Positions 58,901 to 64,000 of a stretch of DNA of 64,000 bases are shown one piece after another (position 1 is the stretch's first letter; each line of letters opens with the position of its first letter). The notes beneath the pieces were generated by a model. It saw only the letters and a list, made by a program, of their open reading frames with translations, did not search any database and had not been told where the DNA came from. The translations under genes were made by a program, and so were the position numbers. Location: contig OX337241.1 of assembly GCA_946965045.2 (NCBI GenBank), positions 2,294,001 to 2,358,000 on the forward strand, written 5' to 3'. This DNA is from Epithemia pelagica. Its lineage: Eukaryota; Protista; Bacillariophyta.

Positions 58901-59581
58901 TGTTGAACCTGCTCCTCCACGTTTGTCCTCACCTTGCCTTGATTGCGCCCAGTGTTGTGGACTCAGCAGTCTCACGTTGCCATCGGGAACGTAGTATGCT
59001 TTTGGTATGACCATTCTGTGTGGGACTCCTTGGTCGTCATCCCAGTCCCACTGCAAGGTTCCTTGCCATACGTTGTACGTCTTTGAGCCCCCAAATCCTT
59101 TGATGGCTCTCTTACATTCCAACAATTCACCCGGGAAATCGGATCGTTTGTGGCTGATGCATCCCGAACATCGATTATCGATCCCGACCAGCCGTGAGTC
59201 AGTGTCGAAGGTTCCAACTTGTCGTGCTCCATTGGACATTCCTGCTGACATGGCGATGACGGCTGCCATGATTCGAAAGCTCGTCCTGTATCTTCGTCTT
59301 GTGTTGAAATGGTGTTGGATTCTGTGCGTCCTGCCACTCCGATTTGATTTGATTCGGGCGTGTAATCTGCCTGCTATTTGTTCTATTCCTTTGTTGGTGA
59401 CGTGGAGTGCACGTGACAACCAATCTTTCGGGTCCTGTTCCTCCTCGGGATCGTCGTCCACTATGAATGTGACGAGTTCCGTCATTATCAGGATTCCCTT
59501 GATTACTTGGTGCGCTATCCCAACAATCAACCATTCTATGGCGTGCCTAAGGGAGAAAGTGGTGAACATATATACCATCAT
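55862..59581 (-). CDS. Copia pol (protease, integrase, RT; RNase H missing)
   Basis: GIDNRCS (protease), HYDFGH...CSAC (Zn finger), VSVDQ, HADNG, GKAERRIR (DDE), HKARLNFDG, NLYGQKQAG, LYTDDSI (RT). Confidence 0.92.
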   Translation of the reverse strand: MMVYMFTTFSLRHAIEWLIVGIAHQVIKGILIMTELVTFIVDDDPEEEQDPKDWLSRALHVTNKGIEQIAGRLHARIKSNRSGRTHRIQHHFNTRRRYRTSFRIMAAVIAMSAGMSNGARQVGTFDTDSRLVGIDNRCSGCISHKRSDFPGELLECKRAIKGFGGSKTYNVWQGTLQWDWDDDQGVPHRMVIPKAYYVPDGNVRLLSPQHWAQSRQGEDKRGGAGSTTTAQHVTMFWNKRECKRTVPLNRSQTNVATFALSNGYESYHRYCQETNTGNQEDDRDPIIIDELQVDATAVISDDEASINDDMGEERSDEPNEWPEENEQNDKPREFDLNGKQTTELEEPAPNIIIDEEERLPTPTAELLQCHYDFGHLPFTKLQRMARDGVLPSKLAKCKVPVCSACQYARATKRPWRSRNVRDREAERPNNRPGAVVSVDQMESPTPGLVAQMTGFITREQYKYATVYVDQATGLGFVYLQKSSNAKETLEGKRAFERYAMARGVTIAAYHADNGIFKAKAWVEACNNQNQPLTFAGVGAHHTNGKAERRIRELQDMARTMLIHANRRWPNAITANLWPYAIRHANDCINAAPNMQQPNKMSPLQLFSKTPVNINRKHWKPFGCPVYVLDEALQGNKPFHKWKHRAKVGIYLGQSPIHNRNVALVLSRFTGHVSPQFHVKFDKAFDSTRQENLESHWQYKTHFTSAPSKASVHRTPEPEGETKGPPKQRNKRIRIHKPSNDPANDPQREDRTNAQTNDDPPTVPTEDGQEPSEETGTPYAQGEGSASRQQQRETSGNEGQREHGGSTPTESTPPQRSRFGRIVKPVQRLIEIMMAETTTNTKSNNHTVDGELFCLETMFPTDDSDLLGDPFHAFKAAASDPDTMYHHEAMKEPDAERFMDGMQQEMDRQFTDGNFSLIHRSKIPKGEKIFPGVWQMRRKRDIKTREIKKHKARLNFDGSRMEKGKHYDQTYAPVASWASIRLVLALVAANNWHTTQIDYVLAYPQAPVEREVYMEIPRGYELADGKDKRDYAFKLHANLYGQKQAGRVWYQYLSKRLVEDVGFTKSRIDECVFYKGNTVYVLYTDDSIITGPDQEEINQVIKEIQDAGLNITVEGTIKDFLGVNIEKQKDGTIEFTQPHLIDKVLSALRLDGKTVKPKDVPAASSKLLKRHTDSAPFDNHFNYRSVVGMLNYLEAGSRSDIAYATHQCARFCSDPRKEHGEAVKWLGRDKLLSIQQGLDR

Positions 59582-61386
59582 GGTTAGTATGTTTATCTTC
59601 CACTTTCTCCAGGTTCGTCAGGTGCTGTATTCGGAGTCCTCCGCGTCCGAATGGTTCTTGTCCTCGTCATCGGACATAATGGTCTCGTTGGCTACCGCTA
59701 GCTTGATGGCATCTTGCTTGCGTTTCTTTCCAGAGAAGGTGGTCGACTTCTTTCGTCCGCCTCCATCTTCCTTCTTCTTGCCTGCGGACGGACTAGCTTC
59801 GCGCTTCTTGGATCGGCACTCGGACGGTTGATGGGTCCTCCATCCGCCGCCACAGTTTCCTCCCGTTTCCGGACCACACCACCACCATTTGGCATTATTC
59901 CAAGTCCGGAAGCGTCGTTCGGATCCCTCTTTTGGTGGGACATTGTTACGGAGCCAGTTCGGACGGGGTGGCTTGCTCGAGGATCCGTTTTCTTGGTTTC
60001 CTTGGCGCTTCCCATCGGTCGCCGTCTTCTTAGCTCGGTTCTGTTGCTTTTTCAGGGACTCCACTTGGGTTTGCAGCGCTAACACTTCTTTCTGTTGTTC
60101 CGTTGGCTGTTCCCATTCGTTCCTGGTCAGTCGCGTCTTGTAGAAGTTAACTGCCCGCAACATGAGCGTTGGGGCATCAACCTCAACTGATCCGTCCTCA
60201 TGGCTGTTCTCGATGCCTTGGAGATAGACCTTGAATTTGTCATCTTCCACGGCTCTGTAGCCTTTGAACAGGTTGACTACTAGATCGCTTGTGTTATGGC
60301 CCCTTGCTTTTAGACCATCGACTTGACTCTGGACGTAGGCGTTGAAAGCGACTAGGTCGCTTCCGTTCTCCCTGATGTACTCGTCCAAGTTCGTCAAATT
60401 GAGTCTGATTGTTGATACTGTCGCGTTTGAGTCGAGGTAGCTCTCGCGGACAATAATCTTAAACAAGCAGGCTCCCGCATCCATCCCATCTACCGTGTAT
60501 TGGGATCGCCAGATTTGGATGCGTTGTGCTCCCTTCGCTGTCAGGGAGTTCATCAGGAGGTCAAAGAGGATCTTGGAGTTTTGACTCATCCTGGATTCTT
60601 GGTTCAGGATCTCCTTCTCCCACTTGGTGATGTCTTCCAGCTGAGCTCTTCCATAGTCCTTGATGATATTGATAGCTCCATCGTCCGTGGGATTCCTTGG
60701 ATCCTTTGGTAGCATGGCGTTTCCATGCGTAGTTGGTGAGTCGAGCATGCCTAGGTCCTTAGCTCGGTTTAGCAGTAGCGTGATGAACAGCTGGAACTTG
60801 CTCGGCTCGACGTCAAATTTGTCTTCGCTACTGGAGAACAGGGATCGAGTCGCATTCTCGTAGTACTTGCGTCCTTCCTTCTGATGGAAGTCCAGTGTTT
60901 GATCCGTCCTTGCTTGCAACGGTGTGCGAATGAACGGATTTCCTCCCGGAGGTGCTGCTCCCCCAGGAGTTCCCATGGCTGTGACTGCGCGGTCGATCGC
61001 CATCACGATTCGTTGTGTGGCGCTACCTAGCGCGTCGATAAGGTCTTGATTCATCACTTGACGTGCCTCGAGGTAATCGTCTTCCTCTTCCTCCTCCTCT
61101 TGCTCGTTGGGGTTTCCTTGATTGCCCGCAAGTGCTTCTTCTTCGTCTTCCGGCGCTCCGACGCCGCGTCGTGGTTCTTCGCCGCGAGTGCGACGTGCCA
61201 TTGTTGTGCTTGCGGGTACTTCGGATGGTCGAAGGCGATTGATCGAGGTTGTCGAGTGAACTGCACTTTAGCGCAGAGGAAGCGTGTGAAAACTCTCCTA
61301 CGGCCCAAGTAGATGAGTTGGACTCAGGTGGCAAAAGAGATTATGGTTTAGATCTAGAATGTTTGGATCTTTTAGGGATCGTGTAA
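55902..61386 (-). mobile_element. Second Ty1/copia (CoDi-like) retrotransposon, 3'-truncated before RNase H; right boundary approximate
   Basis: gag 61201-59618 and pol 59581-55862; the RT reading breaks after HGEAVKWLGR at ~55901. Confidence 0.88.
59618..61201 (-). CDS. Copia gag (527 aa)
   Basis: DAGACLFKIIVRESYLDSNAT, VVNLFKGY, and a C-terminal Cys/His knuckle WWWCGPETGGNCGGGWRTHQPSEC. Confidence 0.85.
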   Translation of the reverse strand: MARRTRGEEPRRGVGAPEDEEEALAGNQGNPNEQEEEEEEDDYLEARQVMNQDLIDALGSATQRIVMAIDRAVTAMGTPGGAAPPGGNPFIRTPLQARTDQTLDFHQKEGRKYYENATRSLFSSSEDKFDVEPSKFQLFITLLLNRAKDLGMLDSPTTHGNAMLPKDPRNPTDDGAINIIKDYGRAQLEDITKWEKEILNQESRMSQNSKILFDLLMNSLTAKGAQRIQIWRSQYTVDGMDAGACLFKIIVRESYLDSNATVSTIRLNLTNLDEYIRENGSDLVAFNAYVQSQVDGLKARGHNTSDLVVNLFKGYRAVEDDKFKVYLQGIENSHEDGSVEVDAPTLMLRAVNFYKTRLTRNEWEQPTEQQKEVLALQTQVESLKKQQNRAKKTATDGKRQGNQENGSSSKPPRPNWLRNNVPPKEGSERRFRTWNNAKWWWCGPETGGNCGGGWRTHQPSECRSKKREASPSAGKKKEDGGGRKKSTTFSGKKRKQDAIKLAVANETIMSDDEDKNHSDAEDSEYST

Positions 61387-62735
61387 ACGTCCCCAAAATT
61401 GTGTCGCGTATACGTTGTGACCGTTGAGCACGCGAGGCGAGAATGCTATTATTTTAACACTCAAAATGATTCTGGACTGCCCTATTTGTCGGATGTCTTT
61501 CGAGATGCCACGCAAACACAGGTGGTCTTTGTGGCCGTGACCAGCGATGGCTGCGAACCAGGCTATGAATCGTACGATCGCAATTTCTTTTATTCGCCCG
61601 AGCATCGAGTCCGATTTTTATGCGAGTTTCAACCAGGAAACTACAAAGTTTGGAGTGACTACGTCCATCCCGATGGCAATGGCTGGACTCCCTCCTTTTC
61701 CTTTCGATGCACTATCCCACTTGCCTTGCGCAATGTGACCACTGTGGGATCACAATCCACAGATTTGACAGTTTCTCTCTATGCCATTCAGGACGAAGGT
61801 CACCAAGTTGAGAAGAAAAGTAATGACCCTCCCAGCTCGCTCCAGGTCCCAAGTACAGAATTGGTGGAGGGAAGGGATTGTATCAAGGACATTCCAGTTT
61901 GCTCCAATCTGTGGTACCAGCCGGATACGCCCAACCATCTGGCCCTGGGGCATGGAAGAAAACACTATGACATGATCATGAGAGTGATTATCCGGCTCGT
62001 GACGCCAAATTTTGTGCGCAACTACGTGAATGTGAAAAATAACACGCATGGAATCTTTCAAGATCATGGCCGCTACTTATTGGAATGGATCGAATATCAC
62101 TTGGAAATTGGTGTCCAACATTTCATTGTCTACGACAATGAAGAGGAACATGTTGTGGGGCGCTTACGAACGCTACTCTTGCCGTATATTCGTCGGGGGA
62201 TTGTGACCTATGTATGGTTTCCCCACCCCTTTTGTTTGCAACCTGGTGGGTGGCCCGTGACACGAGGACAATTTGCGGCCGACTTGAGTGCTCTGCATCG
62301 ATACGGTGCGTATACGCGCTACTATGGAGACTGGGATGTGGACGAGTTTCTCTATCTCGGAGGAGACGAAGGAGGTTCTGTACCCCCTCCCTCCTCATTG
62401 ACTGCAACCAAGACGGTCCCTGTGAAGCAGCGTACCAAGAAAACAAATTTGGTTGCATTTTTAGATTCGGTATTTGAAGAATCGGATCGGGAAGCAAAAG
62501 AATGGGATGCTGTGCACTTTCGTCCGCATGTGTTCACCGTTTGCGATGGAACCAATACAACGTACGACCCAACGAGGCTGCTCATGGAGGCGCGACGATG
62601 CTTTACAGGACAACACCATTCCGACAACAAACTGATTTTGAAACCGGATCGGATTTTGCACTACGTGGTGCACTATCCCCGCCTCACGGTGAATTGGACA
62701 CAGCCTCGCGTGTACTTGGTCAATACGACAACGCA
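61387..62735 (+). pseudogene. GT92/DUF23-like glycosyltransferase, main body (5' end missing; 3' end displaced by inversion)
   Basis: YLLEWIEYHLEIGVQHFIVYDN, GIVTYVWF, DWDVDEFL, KLILKPDRI; no initiator ATG or anchor next to the retroelement; reading switches to foreign sequence after VNTTT. Confidence 0.8.
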
Positions 62736-63041
62736 CGATTTCTGTGTACCATGGTTGCCGTGGGATCTTGTCTGGTGGTGGCGGGAGGACGACGCAATTT
62801 CACCGTGCAAGTATTGGATACGCATCATCACAACCGCATTTGGAATCTCCCACCATTATTGGGAAATCGCCTGGAACTCTGCCGCATGGTGACTGTGACC
62901 AATCAAATTGCCGTGATTGGTGGATCTATGAATCCTACCTGTGCGACATTCCCACTCATGGACAAGCATACGTGGTGTTTTCGACGACTCCTCTGTGCGC
63001 AACCGGCCAACGGGTGGTATCAGTTTCGACAGAAGGAATGA
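62736..63041 (+). pseudogene. Displaced 3' end of the Kelch-repeat gene
   Basis: RFLCTMVAVGSCLVVAGG...VQVLDT...IWNLPPL...MVTVTNQIAVIGG. Confidence 0.85.
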
Positions 63042-63397
63042 GCAGTTTGCCCTGTTTCACCTGGACATTCAAACTGACCAGTACGTACCGTAGTGAGAAA
63101 GGCAAGGATGAAACATGAAATGGGAAACATGTTGCATGTATATCCTACCTAAGACCAAAGGGAATCTATTATATATATATAGCATAATCATTTAGTTCTT
63201 AACCCATTGTCTTGGACTGTGAAAGGGGCGTCGGGATTTGCCATGTGTCACGGCAGCGATGGAGGCGATTCGCGCAAGGATTCCAGTCCTACAAACTCAA
63301 ACTGCTTGTCCAACAACCGTTCCTTCTCTCTCTATATATAATATCTACTAGTGATTTTTACGAGTCTGTGAGTCCGAGGAGTTTATCATCATCATCA

Positions 63398-63566
63398 TCA
63401 TGGGAATGATGATTCATTCCGTGATTCTGGTTGTTGTCCCTTGAGTCGGGCCTTGATTCGGGGAACAAACGGGTCCATGAGGGGCCAAAGTGTCGATGTT
63501 TTCTGATCCTCCTTGGAAGCGTAATGGTCCATGTCTGCCGCATGGCGATAATGGACCAAAAGACCT
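63398..63566 (-). pseudogene. Displaced 3' end of the GT92-like gene
   Basis: GLLVHYRHAADMDHY...LMDPFVPRIKARLKG...SSFP then TGA at 63400-63398. Confidence 0.8.
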
Positions 63567-64000
63567 TGGGTCGGAAAGCACCAAATCCGATCGAGTCGTC
63601 CAGCCAGACAAGGAGGAACTGACTGTAGTAGTCAAAGCGTTGTCTTTTCGTTCCTCAGTGTCACCACAAGGCTTTGCAAATTCCAAATACTCCACCGAAT
63701 CAAGTTCGTCGTTCTCGTTCGTACGGCCTCCAACGACAAAGATGCGGTGGCCAATCACTGCACTGGCGCAAAATTGTCGAGGAACAGTCATGGACGGTCC
63801 CGCAGTGACACTGTGATTGTTGGTATCTATAATATCCACCGACGACAAATAATAACGATCGTTGTAACCACCCATTACAACAATGTATCGGTTGTGAACC
63901 GCAACAGCACTACATCCTTTTCGTCCCGTTGATAACCGACAATCCAACATGACCCAATGGATCTTCTGTGAACTTGAAATCGCAGATGGTGGCAGCAATC
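63567..64000 (-). pseudogene. Kelch-repeat gene, upstream part (starts at or beyond the right window edge; broken by the inversion)
   Basis: RKGCSAVAVHNRYIVVMGGY...SSVDIID...GPSMTVPRQFCASAVIGHRIFVVGG...DSVEYL. Confidence 0.85.

Larger units (their letters stand above)
62736..63566. other. 831-bp inverted segment carrying the 3' ends of both flanking genes
   Basis: Re-inverting it restores GT92 ...VNTTT-QGLLVHYRH...SSFP* and Kelch ...DLVLSDP-RFLCTMVAVGSCLVVAGG...QKE*, both in frame without stops; CA/TG microhomology at 62734-62735 and 63567-63568. Confidence 0.9.

Noticed and set aside
1-64000. tRNA, rRNA or telomeric repeats
   Set aside because: No cloverleaf with A/B boxes, no rRNA signature and no telomere-like array seen by eye; a tRNAscan-SE or Infernal run would be needed to exclude them formally.

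Overview
Eukaryotic genomic DNA, most consistent with a pennate diatom (inference from short GT-AG introns, a bipartite plastid-type presequence, CoDi-like Ty1/copia elements, and Kelch/ankyrin/BTB family genes). A core of intact housekeeping genes (FKBP, UAP56/SUB2, GlyRS, mL41, RPS14, POT1-like) is interspersed with rearranged, transposon-rich segments. Best candidate for an undescribed system: a complete 6,798-bp hAT DNA transposon (11069-17866; 12-bp TIRs, perfect 8-bp TSD GCCTGAAT). It encodes a BED-finger hAT transposase plus a convergent, intact 624-aa protein whose C-terminal EndoIII/NTH1-like HhH-GPD DNA glycosylase domain keeps the catalytic Lys and Asp but has lost the Fe-S motif. 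Other notable structures: an 831-bp inversion that swaps the 3' ends of two convergent genes (GT92 and Kelch); a FUT8/GT23-like pseudogene whose two halves lie 10.7 kb apart; and two tail-to-tail copia elements, one with gag and pol in frame across a single UGA. All family assignments come from motif recognition by eye, not database searches.
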